A stretch of DNA of 64,000 nt from Alphaproteobacteria bacterium. Lineage in GTDB: Bacteria > Pseudomonadota > Alphaproteobacteria > G965218375. The stretch is taken from contig OZ244618.1 in the NCBI GenBank assembly GCA_965218375.1, positions 594,794 to 658,793 of the forward strand, read 5' to 3'. Below the pieces are notes generated by a model. It made no database searches. It was given only the letters and a program-made list of their open reading frames with translations, and was not told where the DNA came from. Position 1 is the first letter of the stretch, and each line of letters opens with the position of its first letter. Position numbers and translations under genes: made by a program. Positions 49,229 through 61,446 of this stretch are shown piece by piece.

Positions 49229-51192
49229 AAAGCACTCGTTTGCAACGCACGCACAATATCGTTTTGAATACCCTCTATCGCTTGATCCAACATAATCCTC
49301 TTGTTGGCAGAGAGCACCCACCGACTCCACACATCTTCAGTATAAGCGGGCAAAGTTTCGATTAATCTCACTGCTTCGTCTATATCCCATGTCTCAAGGG
49401 CAGAAACCACTAGATTCAACGTCCGATTGATATCAACAGATAGGGAGGAATTATTCCTTATGGCAACAAATGTTTTCAAATACGCCACCGCCTTATCGGT
49501 CCACTTATCTGTCTCTAAAAATTCTGCCTCACGCATGAGAATGCGATCACTCAAACTCTTAAACCGTTTTTGAAAGTCCAAAAGTGTTGGCACTCCAAAG
49601 GTTGCCACCCTGCGCAATTGGCTTAAGGCGTTTTCTATGACATCACTCCTGACAGGTCTTAGGGCACCATGCAAAGACTCTAAAGCCTTATCAAATGGTA
49701 TCCCCTTGTCTGCCCTGCTTTTCAAATGATTGAGGGCAAGGAATGCAAGAGCAACAGTATCGGCCTTAATTTCTTCAGACTCAATACGCGCTAATCTCTG
49801 GTTATGCTCTTGAAGCATCTTTTTAGAGCTTTGCAACTCTTCTAACCAATAAGCATCATACTCTCGGGTCTTCTCAGGTGTGGTTTTCTTCTCCCGCGCA
49901 TCCGTATCCAGCAGAGGCTTATCAGAGTCAACCACCGTAACGCCTCCGAGGCCACCATCATCCACCACAAAAGTAAACCCGCTCGCCAGATGAGGATAGG
50001 AATACTTTAATACTTCCACCTTTTCATCGATATTCTTAATATATCCGGACAAAGTTATATTGCGCTTATCAAGCATCTCAACATCTACTCTTAAGGCCTG
50101 TAAAGCGCCACCTTTCATCTCTAAGTCTTGTCGTAAATTCAACAACGCCTTATCTGCCTCTGAACGTGCGACAGGCGCGTAGCTCTTTATAATTTCAGGT
50201 AAGAAATTCCACTCAGACGCCACATTAAGGACCACTGGTAAAAACAAAGCGCCCAACATTCCTGTAATGACGCTAAAGAAACCAAGAAGAGGAACGTAAA
50301 ACCAGTATTTTACCCGAGAGGTCTTTTTCATACCTGACGCAGAATTTGAAGATATATCTTGGGGTGAGGCCACGGGGTCAGCCGTAAAGTCTTGGGAACG
50401 ACTCTCTTCCCCTATGGGCGCACCAAACTCTTTACCGCTCACGCGTCCAAGTACCACTGCACGCAGACTCTCTTGACGATGCTCAGGCGCCACAACAAGA
50501 CGCCGCCATGGACTAGGCTGGGGAACAACATGGGCAACCGCCTCACTTAAACACACCGCTTGAACATGGGCAAGGTCCTTTAGAACACCTGCGCGCTCGG
50601 CTAAAACCAAAAATTGTTCCATTGTCCGAGGAGAGAAAAAGAGTGCCTGAGCTATCTGCCGCGATTTTAATGCCTCAACAGCGCGCTCATTAAGAATAGG
50701 TTCTGCTTGCGCCTCATATAACACCTCAGAATCAACCACAAAGCCCTGATCTTTAAGAGCTTGCTCTAGGTTACCAGCAACAAAATCGCCATGGACATAC
50801 AGGACCCGACCTTGATCGGGATCAAGACTTTCTACCACAAGCTTTTCAAGAGACCCCGTATCTCCTTGAGCGGATTTAATTGTCATGAACCCGTGCTGAG
50901 ATAAAATCTCCTGGGTTCCTGACCCCACCGCATAAACTGGAATATCTCGCCGCTGCGTTACCGCACCCAAAGCACGGGCACCGTTAAGACTTGTCACCAA
51001 CAAAGCTTGAATATTTGTTAAATCTAGATGAACATTATCCAAGTAGTTAATCTCTAAGACTGGAGACAAAATAGTTGAAATATTGTCCTGCGCCAATACC
51101 TGAGCAAAAGCTTGACCATCAACCTCTGGACGCGTGATTAAGACAAATTTTGACACTCCATAAACCTCATAATCTAAAAAAATTTTAAACAA
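49225..51192 (-). CDS. hemD: Fusion of uroporphyrinogen-III synthase (HemD, N-terminal about 250 aa) with a HemX-like / COG4223 membrane-anchored coiled-coil protein (C-terminal about 400 aa).
   Basis: N-terminal VLITRPEVDGQAFAQVL…LVTSLNGARAL is HemD-like. One TM helix (YWFYVPLLGFFSVITGMLGALFLPVVL) follows, then a long coiled-coil region. Continuous 655-aa ORF. Confidence 0.6.
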   Translation of the reverse strand: MFKIFLDYEVYGVSKFVLITRPEVDGQAFAQVLAQDNISTILSPVLEINYLDNVHLDLTNIQALLVTSLNGARALGAVTQRRDIPVYAVGSGTQEILSQHGFMTIKSAQGDTGSLEKLVVESLDPDQGRVLYVHGDFVAGNLEQALKDQGFVVDSEVLYEAQAEPILNERAVEALKSRQIAQALFFSPRTMEQFLVLAERAGVLKDLAHVQAVCLSEAVAHVVPQPSPWRRLVVAPEHRQESLRAVVLGRVSGKEFGAPIGEESRSQDFTADPVASPQDISSNSASGMKKTSRVKYWFYVPLLGFFSVITGMLGALFLPVVLNVASEWNFLPEIIKSYAPVARSEADKALLNLRQDLEMKGGALQALRVDVEMLDKRNITLSGYIKNIDEKVEVLKYSYPHLASGFTFVVDDGGLGGVTVVDSDKPLLDTDAREKKTTPEKTREYDAYWLEELQSSKKMLQEHNQRLARIESEEIKADTVALAFLALNHLKSRADKGIPFDKALESLHGALRPVRSDVIENALSQLRRVATFGVPTLLDFQKRFKSLSDRILMREAEFLETDKWTDKAVAYLKTFVAIRNNSSLSVDINRTLNLVVSALETWDIDEAVRLIETLPAYTEDVWSRWVLSANKRIMLDQAIEGIQNDIVRALQTSAL

Positions 51193-51305
51193 AAACTAGG
51201 CTGTCTGCTCTTAATTTTTCCTTTATAACAAATTTAATTGATGAACACCTAATATCAAAGAGTAAAAAAAAATTAAAAATTAATATACCCGCCAACATAC
51301 ATCAC

Positions 51306-52244
51306 TTAATTATCACGAAATGAGGATAAAATATCGCTCCCCTCTCTTTTCATTCTCCTCCCAAGAGCACATCCTAAATCATAGGCCTGATCCAAGGTGC
51401 CTTCTATGGAGTCTTTAAGCTGTTCCTTCCCATCAACCGACAGAATTTGCCCTGTTAACTTTAGAGTATTACCCGATATTTCTCCATACCCTCCAATTGG
51501 GGTACGGCAAGACCCATCTAAAACGTCTAAAAAGGCACGTTCAGCAGTTAGCACTTTACCAGTGTGGTGATGATGAATCGGCGCAAGAAAGTCAATTATT
51601 TTATCTGGACTGCGGACTTCCATGACAATAGCTCCCTGAGCCACAGCTGGCAAATACCGCTCAACAGACATAAATTCATAACTTTCTGCCACCCTCTCAT
51701 GGTCTAAATGTAAACGCTCAATCCCCGCCTTTGCCAGTAACGTCCCATCAACAAGACCTTGGGATAGTTTCCGTAACCTTGTCTCGACACTTCCGCGCAG
51801 AACAACAACCTCCACATCGGGACGCGCGGATAAGATTTGCGCTTTTCGCCGTAAAGAAACTGTCCCAACCTTCGCAGACTGGGGCAAACCCGAAATCCCC
51901 CCCTTGTACCGACTGAGGAATATGTCAAGATGACTTTCCCGAGGGAGAACCGCACCAATACCCACTCCATCCGGAAGTCGTGTGGGTAAGTCTTTCCCTG
52001 AGTGGACAGCCACATCAATCTCCCCCCGTAATAAGGCGTCTTCCATTTCTTGGGTAAAAAGACCCTTTCCTCCAAGATCTCCTAAGGCACGATCTAAAGA
52101 TATATCCCCTTTAGTAACAAAAGTTTCTATCACCACATTCTCAGGACTCATTTGGGGATAGGCAGCTAAAATTGCCGCAGAAACTTTATAAGCTTGCGCT
52201 TGCGCCAAAGGGGTCGCTCGTGTACCAATGCGTATTAAGTGCAT
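51306..52244 (-). CDS. hemC: Porphobilinogen deaminase (hydroxymethylbilane synthase).
   Basis: MHLIRIGTRATPLAQAQAYKV…, dipyrromethane cofactor Cys region …LDGSCRTPIGGY. Confidence 0.9.
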   Translation of the reverse strand: MHLIRIGTRATPLAQAQAYKVSAAILAAYPQMSPENVVIETFVTKGDISLDRALGDLGGKGLFTQEMEDALLRGEIDVAVHSGKDLPTRLPDGVGIGAVLPRESHLDIFLSRYKGGISGLPQSAKVGTVSLRRKAQILSARPDVEVVVLRGSVETRLRKLSQGLVDGTLLAKAGIERLHLDHERVAESYEFMSVERYLPAVAQGAIVMEVRSPDKIIDFLAPIHHHHTGKVLTAERAFLDVLDGSCRTPIGGYGEISGNTLKLTGQILSVDGKEQLKDSIEGTLDQAYDLGCALGRRMKREGSDILSSFRDN

Positions 52245-52365
52245 TCTAAAACCTCATCCACACTTCATTTCCCCTTTACAATTCTTATATTATATTCAAG
52301 CATGCTCTTAACAAAAAAAACAAGGCAAGTAAATTACCTTGCGTTGCCTAACTTGAGAAATCTAT

Positions 52366-53442
52366 ATGACAAATATTAACCCCAAGATTGTTTTAGGAAT
52401 AGAAACCAGCTGTGACGAAACATCAGCCGCTATCGTCCATGAAAACAAAACAATCCTCACCAATATAGTGTATAGTCAAATTAATGACCATCAATTATTT
52501 GGGGGCGTTGTTCCTGAGATTGCCGCCCGCGCCCATGTTTCTCTATTAGATACATTACTTAAAAAAGCTCTTGAGACCGCCAACATTCCGTCATCAACCA
52601 TCAGTGCCGTTGCCGCCACAGCAGGTCCAGGCCTTATTGGTGGCCTTATTGTTGGACTGGTAACAGGAAAGGCCCTTGCCTCTGCATGGAATGTTCCCTT
52701 TATAGGCGTTAATCACCTGCAAGGACACGCCCTAACCCCACGCCTGACAGATAACGTGGAGTTTCCCTATTTATTACTCCTTGCCTCCGGTGGTCACACC
52801 CAAATTTTACTTGTACACCACACAGATAAATATACCAGACTGAGCACAACCCTGGATGACGCCATCGGTGAAGTATTTGATAAAACAGCTAAGATTCTTG
52901 ATTTAGGCTACCCTGGCGGCCCAAAAGTTGAACAGATCGCCCGTACTGGCGACCCATCCCGCTTTTCCCTTCCGCGCCCCATGCTGCACAGCCCTAGCCT
53001 TAACTTTAGTTTTTCCGGTCTAAAAACCGCCGTGCGCCGACACCTGGAGCGCATGGACTCCCCCATAACCTCCCAAGATAAAGCAGATTTGTGTGCAGGC
53101 CTCCAACATGCCATTATAGAGATCATTGAGAAAAAACTCTCTAAAGCATACCAGTCAGCATGCGGCTTAACTGAACGCCCGCTCACTGCCCTTGTGGCAT
53201 CTGGAGGCGTCGCAACCAACAAAGTATTACGCCAAAGTCTTACCCGTCTTGCAACCCAAATGAATCTGCCATTTATCGCGCCCCCTCCTCAACTTTGCAC
53301 TGATAACGCCGCCATGATCGCCTGGGCAGGTATAGAACGGTTACACCTTAACATGACGGATCCTTTCACCATACCCGCACGGGCGCGCTGGCCCCTTGAC
53401 CCCCATGCCGCGCCCGCCCCTGGTGCGGGCGTCAAAGCATAA
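52366..53442 (+). CDS. tsaD: tRNA N6-adenosine threonylcarbamoyltransferase TsaD (Kae1/Gcp).
   Basis: ILGIETSCDETSAAIV…, HLQGHAL, GGVATN. Divergent from hemC as is common in alphaproteobacteria. Confidence 0.9.
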   Translation: MTNINPKIVLGIETSCDETSAAIVHENKTILTNIVYSQINDHQLFGGVVPEIAARAHVSLLDTLLKKALETANIPSSTISAVAATAGPGLIGGLIVGLVTGKALASAWNVPFIGVNHLQGHALTPRLTDNVEFPYLLLLASGGHTQILLVHHTDKYTRLSTTLDDAIGEVFDKTAKILDLGYPGGPKVEQIARTGDPSRFSLPRPMLHSPSLNFSFSGLKTAVRRHLERMDSPITSQDKADLCAGLQHAIIEIIEKKLSKAYQSACGLTERPLTALVASGGVATNKVLRQSLTRLATQMNLPFIAPPPQLCTDNAAMIAWAGIERLHLNMTDPFTIPARARWPLDPHAAPAPGAGVKA

Positions 53443-53528
53443 AACAATATTTTTACCGCAATCATGTGGCGCTGAAGAAAGAATTATAATAAGCTAAATT
53501 TGGGTAACCATTTAAGGACAACACTCTA

Positions 53529-53945
53529 ATGACGTCAAATAAGATTTTTTATTCTAAAATAATCACAGCTATTTTCGTTGTCTTTACTCTCGTGCTTCCT
53601 GCAATAGTTCAGGCACAACAATTTTTATCTGCAGTCCAAGATGTTCCCGTTCCAGACATCCTGACAGAAGACCAGCAATCTCAAATTATTTTCGATACCG
53701 TCAACGGCAGGGTCATCACATCAACTGCCCGATGGCACCGCGCCCAAAACAGCCCCGATAACAGCACAAAGATCAAACATCTTATTACTCAATATTATCA
53801 AGAAACGATGCCGTCTTTGGGGTGGCGCCAACTTCCTAAAGATCCCCTCTCTTTCAAACGAGATGATGAAGTACTTACAATTTCAATCAAGGAACACAAC
53901 GCAGACCACCTAACCGTCACCTATCACCTGACCCCTGACAAATAA
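53529..53945 (+). CDS. Hypothetical secreted protein.
   Basis: Signal peptide (…VFTLVLPAIVQAQQ), 138 aa, no family recognised. Confidence 0.3.
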   Translation: MTSNKIFYSKIITAIFVVFTLVLPAIVQAQQFLSAVQDVPVPDILTEDQQSQIIFDTVNGRVITSTARWHRAQNSPDNSTKIKHLITQYYQETMPSLGWRQLPKDPLSFKRDDEVLTISIKEHNADHLTVTYHLTPDK

Positions 53946-54201
53946 GAATCGCCTCCCCCCTCCCTTTACAAAAATTTATATTGACAAGAATATGTTTTTT
54001 GGTTAATGAATTAAGTTGATTTTTTAAACAAAAACAGTTTCTATAAATCTTTACATCATTGCCATGGACTTAATGTAGCTTAAATGTACATAAGGTTTCA
54101 TCGACAGCAGGGTATTTAAGTATCCCTAAGTGTTAAATTATAGAAAAGTGACTGGATTTCATTTGTATTAGATTACAAAGAGCTTTAAGGAGATATAAGA
54201 T

Positions 54202-54465
54202 ATGGCCAACATTAAATCGGCCAAGAAACGTATACGCCAAGCAGTAACGCAAACAAAACGTAACTCTGCACGCAAGAGCCGTATTCGTTCCTTTATTCGT
54301 TACGTGGAAGATGCCATTGGTCTTGGTGATAAGGTAAAAGCCACGGAAGCTTTGCGAGTTGCACAGCCACAGATTATGAAGGGTGTAACCAAAAGTGTTG
54401 TTAATAAAAACACTGCATCTCGTAAAATATCACGTCTCGCACATCGCGTTTCCAATATGTCATAA
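54202..54465 (+). CDS. rpsT: 30S ribosomal protein S20.
   Basis: MANIKSAKKRIRQAVTQTKRNSARKS…. Confidence 0.9.
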   Translation: MANIKSAKKRIRQAVTQTKRNSARKSRIRSFIRYVEDAIGLGDKVKATEALRVAQPQIMKGVTKSVVNKNTASRKISRLAHRVSNMS

Positions 54466-54510
54466 GTGCAAAAATATTAACCCGAGACTTAACTTTTAAA
54501 CTTATCCAAA

Positions 54511-54546
54511 CTCGCTGTATTTCTACGGTGAGTTTTTAGTTTTTTA
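54511..54546 (+). terminator. Imperfect hairpin (CTCGCTGTA-TTTC-TACGGTGAG) followed by TTTTTAGTTTTTT. Candidate rho-independent terminator of rpsT.
   Basis: Seen directly in sequence, about 45 nt after the rpsT stop. Confidence 0.45.
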
Positions 54547-54890
54547 TCTTGTACAAATCATAAACTTTTTACCCAAGAATTTAATGATTCAAATTGGGCA
54601 CCCCCTCCTTATCTTTTATACATTTTAAAATTGCTGGTTATTAATGATTTATTAATTAACCTGCATACACTTTAAAAAAACTCGCAGCATATAGCGTATT
54701 AAAAAAGTCAAGGCATATTTTCCAATATATTTTTGCTTTTTCTAATTGGATTCAGTTGCGCCAATTCAATTAAAGACGTAACGTATTCAACAGAAGATTT
54801 TTCGTGCTATAAAAATGTTTCATTACCTCTCTTCTACTTATCACTTTCTCATCTCATTCAACGCTAAATTAGCTATAAAAGTTTAAAGAC

Positions 54891-56288
54891 GTGAAACAAA
54901 ACACACTTCAGCAAAAACCGATGACAAATGACCTACCCTCACCTCAAGTCATTGATACGGATCTACAATGGCGGCAGGTTCAAGCGAAGATTAGGTCAGA
55001 GCTTGGAGATGCAACTTTTAATAGTTGGTTTAAGCCTTTATCACTCGCCGCAAGTACAGTGCCAAATCAAGTATCCCTATCGGCACCAACGCGTTTTGTC
55101 CGTGATTGGATCAAAACCCACCATATATACATGCTTGAGTCTATCTGGAAAATCGTGAGTCCAGAAGTAACAAAAGTTGATATTGTCGTAGGCGCGCATA
55201 CACCTCCGTCCACCTCCCCAGCACAGCCCGCAACAATAGGCTCCCATCCTGGAGGTGTGACCAAACCTAAATCAAACTTGGAAGATAGATTCACTTTTGA
55301 ATCCTTTGTGATTGGTAAGTCAAATGAGCTGGCCTATCACGCGGCTAAAAGAGTTGCAGAAGCGGACTCCGTTCAATTCAACCCCCTTTATCTTTACGGT
55401 GGTGTTGGACTTGGCAAAACCCACCTGATGCATGCGATTGCTTGGCAAATTCACCAAAACCAGCCCCAACGTCAAGTGATGTACCTGAGTGCAGAAAAGT
55501 TCATGTTCCAATTTATTCGCGCCCTAAGATATAAAGACACAATGACCTTCAAGGAACAACTGCGCAGTGTCGATGTTTTAATGATTGATGACGTTCAGTT
55601 TATTTGTGGTAAAGACTCTACCCAGGAAGAGTTTTTTCACACATTTAATGCGCTAGTTGACCAAAATCATCAAATAATTCTTAGTGGTGACCGCAGTCCA
55701 AGCAACCTTGAAGGTATGGAAGAACGCCTGCGTTCTCGTTTAGGGTGTGGGCTGGTTGCAGATATTCACCCAACAGATTATGAGTTACGCCTTGGTATTC
55801 TTCAAAGTAAAATGGAGTTTAAGAAAGAACATGTCCCCGAGAAAGTTTTAGAGTTTTTAGCGGCGCGCATTACCAGCAATGTCCGTGAACTTGAAGGTGC
55901 CTTGAATCGTGTTCTTGCCTATGCCAGCCTAACCAATAGCCAGATTACCCTTGAAACCGTCTCTGATGTCCTGCAAGACCTGTTACGGGCGAACGATCGA
56001 AAAGTCACCATTGATGACATTAAACGACGGGTTGCCGAGTATTATAATATTAAAATTACTGAAATCGATAGTACGCGTCGTGCGCGGACGGTCACACGCC
56101 CCCGACATATTGCAATGTTTCTATGTAAACACCTAACAAACCGCTCCCTCCCAGAAATAGGAAGAAAATTTGGTGGAAGGGATCATACAACTGTCATGCA
56201 TGCGATCAAAAAAGTTGACGAACTTCGTCAAACTGATAGTGGCTTGGCAGAAGATATCGACCTATTAAAACGTCAATTAAATGGATAG
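54891..56288 (+). CDS. dnaA: Chromosomal replication initiator DnaA. Track start is GTG 54891; ATG 54921 is an alternative.
   Basis: AAA+ region LYGGVGLGKTHLMHAIA (Walker A), LMIDDVQF (Walker B), sensor/arginine finger, and the C-terminal DNA-binding domain …RPRHIAMFLCK…GGRDHTTVMHA. Confidence 0.9.
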   Translation: MKQNTLQQKPMTNDLPSPQVIDTDLQWRQVQAKIRSELGDATFNSWFKPLSLAASTVPNQVSLSAPTRFVRDWIKTHHIYMLESIWKIVSPEVTKVDIVVGAHTPPSTSPAQPATIGSHPGGVTKPKSNLEDRFTFESFVIGKSNELAYHAAKRVAEADSVQFNPLYLYGGVGLGKTHLMHAIAWQIHQNQPQRQVMYLSAEKFMFQFIRALRYKDTMTFKEQLRSVDVLMIDDVQFICGKDSTQEEFFHTFNALVDQNHQIILSGDRSPSNLEGMEERLRSRLGCGLVADIHPTDYELRLGILQSKMEFKKEHVPEKVLEFLAARITSNVRELEGALNRVLAYASLTNSQITLETVSDVLQDLLRANDRKVTIDDIKRRVAEYYNIKITEIDSTRRARTVTRPRHIAMFLCKHLTNRSLPEIGRKFGGRDHTTVMHAIKKVDELRQTDSGLAEDIDLLKRQLNG

Positions 56289-56460
56289 AGTTTGATTCTT
56301 TAAAATTTGCCAACAAATGCCTGAGCTCACCACCCTTGTTTTTATAAGTATTATATCTGATTATTCATTGCTCAAATTCGTCAATTTCGTATCATACTGA
56401 GTAAATTAAATCTTGGCCATCTGCGGCATGTGAAGTCTATATGCTACAATAGGATAAAAA

Positions 56461-57579
56461 ATGAATCTGAATATCGAACGCACGCACCTTCTCAAAGCTC
56501 TCAGTCACGCACAGGGCGTTGTAGAGAAACGTAACACTATCCCTATTCTTTTTAACGTATGCCTCAGAACAACAAATAATAGTTTAATTATCACGACAAC
56601 GGACCTTGATATTTCCATGTCAATAAAAGTGGATGCCCAGATTATATCCCCTGGAAACACCACGACACCGGCACATACCCTTCATGAAATTGTCCGTAAG
56701 TTACCTGATGGCTCCCAGATTACCCTAGAGTTTGATTCAAGCACCCAGACTCTGGGTATTACATCTGGCCAATCTGCGTTTACATTGCCTTGCCTACCGT
56801 TTGAAGATTTTCCTGTGATCAGTGAAAACGATTTACCAATGCGTTTTACTATCGCACAGGCAGATATCAAACGCCTAATAGAAAAAACCCAATTTGCCAT
56901 TTCTACTGAAGAAACCCGTTACTATATGAACGGTATCTTCCTCCATGCAACCATTGAAAACAATACCGGTGTTCTGCGGGCAGTTGCCACTGACGGTCAC
57001 CGCCTTGCACAAGCAGATATTCCAACCCCTGAAGGGGCAGGCGCCTTGAAAGGCGTTATTATTCCCCGCAAAACCGTTATTGAACTGCGTAAACTCTTAA
57101 GCGAATCTGAGGGCAATGTTGATATTGCTCTCTCAGATGTTAAAGCACAATTTCAAATAGATAACGCGATTCTTAACAGTAAATTTATTGACGGATCTTT
57201 TCCTGACTATACCCTTGTTATTCCAGAGAAGACTGAACAGGTAATGAATATTAATGCCCGTAAGCTGGTTGCGGCTGTGGATCGCGTTTCAACCATTACC
57301 ACTGACAAGTCTCGAACCATTAAATTAGCGATTTCCGAGAATACCATCTCTATTAGCGCAATAAGTCAGGAAAATGGGAGCGGGCAAGAGACACTCAGTA
57401 TTTCTTATGATGGCGATCCAATCGAAATTGGTTTTAACAGTCGGTACCTCATGGATGTTGCGACTCAAATCGAGGGGGAAAGCGCTCAATTTAAATTCTC
57501 AGGTGCAACGCGACCTACACTGATTAAAGATATTAATGATGAGAGTATCCTGTATGTCATTATGCCAATGCGGGTATAG
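56461..57579 (+). CDS. dnaN: DNA polymerase III beta sliding clamp.
   Basis: 372 aa, MNLNIERTHLLKALSHAQGVVEKRNTIPIL… is a typical DnaN N-terminus. Three-domain length. Confidence 0.9.
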   Translation: MNLNIERTHLLKALSHAQGVVEKRNTIPILFNVCLRTTNNSLIITTTDLDISMSIKVDAQIISPGNTTTPAHTLHEIVRKLPDGSQITLEFDSSTQTLGITSGQSAFTLPCLPFEDFPVISENDLPMRFTIAQADIKRLIEKTQFAISTEETRYYMNGIFLHATIENNTGVLRAVATDGHRLAQADIPTPEGAGALKGVIIPRKTVIELRKLLSESEGNVDIALSDVKAQFQIDNAILNSKFIDGSFPDYTLVIPEKTEQVMNINARKLVAAVDRVSTITTDKSRTIKLAISENTISISAISQENGSGQETLSISYDGDPIEIGFNSRYLMDVATQIEGESAQFKFSGATRPTLIKDINDESILYVIMPMRV

Positions 57580-57693
57580 GAGACATATTTCACCTTATAT
57601 AAACAGCCTCCACGACCATAAAGTAAAGGTAAGCCTCTTTATTATATCTCATACCTATTAATTTAATGATCAGACAACAGGTCTTTAATTTCC

Positions 57694-58827
57694 GTGACAC
57701 ACGCACTCTCTGTTAATCGACTTCAGCTCTCTAACTTTAGGAATTACCTAACCCTAGATCTTAAAACATCAGGATCAATGATTGTCTTGTTGGGAAACAA
57801 TGGCGTGGGTAAAACCAACATTTTAGAAGCTATTAGCCTGTTAGTTCCTGGTCGCGGGATGCGTATGGCAAAACATATTGAACTTGGATATTGTCCCCAT
57901 GCCCAAGAACCAGAAAGCGTCACGGACTGGGCCATTAATGCCAATGTTCATAGTCTTATTGGCTCTGCAAGTATTGGGACGGGTATCCAGAGTGGCCGGC
58001 GGATCGTTCGGCTTGATGGCAAACCTCTTAAGGGTTCTGGAGCGCTGAGTCAGTACTTCTCGGTATTATGGTTAACCCCAATTATGGATCGTTTATTTAT
58101 AGAAGGCGCCAGCGCCCGACGACGATTTTTTGATCGGCTCATTTTTGGCCTTTATCCCGAACATAGCCTCCATGCTACAACCTATAAAAAAGCACTTACT
58201 GAGCGTTCCCAGGTGCTAAAAAACAAGATTAACGATGTCAATTGGCTCAATACGATTGAGTCACAAATTGTAAATAACGGCATTGCCTTGGCCCAAGGAC
58301 GCGTCACGACACTGAATATCCTGCAAAATAAGATTAAACAGAATAGTCACCCCTCGTTTCTAACGCCAGAAATCACCATTAAAGGCCCGATAGAAGAAGC
58401 GCTTATGCGTGAGAGTTCCCCTGATAACGTGGCTGAACAGTTCCACCATAAACTAAAACAAGACCGAGCTCTTGACGCCGAAACAGGCAGCACGAGTATC
58501 GGCCCCCACAAGACAGACTTCAAAGTGCATCACTTACATACAGGACGTGAAGCCCACCTTTGCTCTACCGGAGAGCAAAAGTCTTTACTGCTTGATCTCA
58601 TTCTTAACAATGCACGCTGTCAAATTGACCAAAGGCAGTCCATACCTGTTATACTCCTTGATGAAGTAACCGCCCATATGGACACAAGATGCCGTAACTT
58701 TTTTTTTGAACAAGCACGCGACCTAGGAGGACAAATATGGATAACTGGTACAGACCGCGCATTTTTTATGGACCAAGCAACATATGCAGACTTCTATAAC
58801 GTGCAAGAAAACGGTATTATAACCTAG
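57694..58827 (+). CDS. recF: DNA replication/repair protein RecF.
   Basis: LQLSNFRNY…LLGNNGVGKTNILEAISLL (Walker A), SMC-like signature region …STGEQKSLLL…, ILLDEVTAHMD (Walker B). Confidence 0.9.
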   Translation: MTHALSVNRLQLSNFRNYLTLDLKTSGSMIVLLGNNGVGKTNILEAISLLVPGRGMRMAKHIELGYCPHAQEPESVTDWAINANVHSLIGSASIGTGIQSGRRIVRLDGKPLKGSGALSQYFSVLWLTPIMDRLFIEGASARRRFFDRLIFGLYPEHSLHATTYKKALTERSQVLKNKINDVNWLNTIESQIVNNGIALAQGRVTTLNILQNKIKQNSHPSFLTPEITIKGPIEEALMRESSPDNVAEQFHHKLKQDRALDAETGSTSIGPHKTDFKVHHLHTGREAHLCSTGEQKSLLLDLILNNARCQIDQRQSIPVILLDEVTAHMDTRCRNFFFEQARDLGGQIWITGTDRAFFMDQATYADFYNVQENGIIT

Positions 58828-58925
58828 ATCACTTTTGCTCGTGATAATATCTTACGTTCAACGTGTTCACCTTGCTTATCTGGGTGAGGACAAACACATC
58901 AAAATATTTTTTATTTAATTTCTAA

Positions 58926-61382
<2,457 letters not shown>

Positions 61383-61404
61383 TTGGGATAATAAATAAAC
61401 AAAA

Positions 61405-61442
61405 ACCTCATTCTACTTTACGTAATGAATGAGGTTTTTTTT
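61405..61442. terminator. Bidirectional rho-independent terminator (ACCTCATTC-loop-GAATGAGGT followed by T8, with an A/T tract on the other side).
   Basis: 9-bp stem with T-run. Sits between the convergent gyrB (+) and the oxidoreductase gene (-). Confidence 0.7.
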
Positions 61443-61446
61443 ATGG

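Noticed and set aside
51704-52075. 123-aa minus-strand ORF and 61-aa plus-strand ORF within hemC.
   Set aside because: Nested in or antisense to the hemC CDS, which has clear porphobilinogen deaminase motifs.
54466-54890. Calling oriC with DnaA boxes.
   Set aside because: Only degenerate box candidates are visible. Reported as a finding needing GC-skew/PWM support rather than annotated as a feature.
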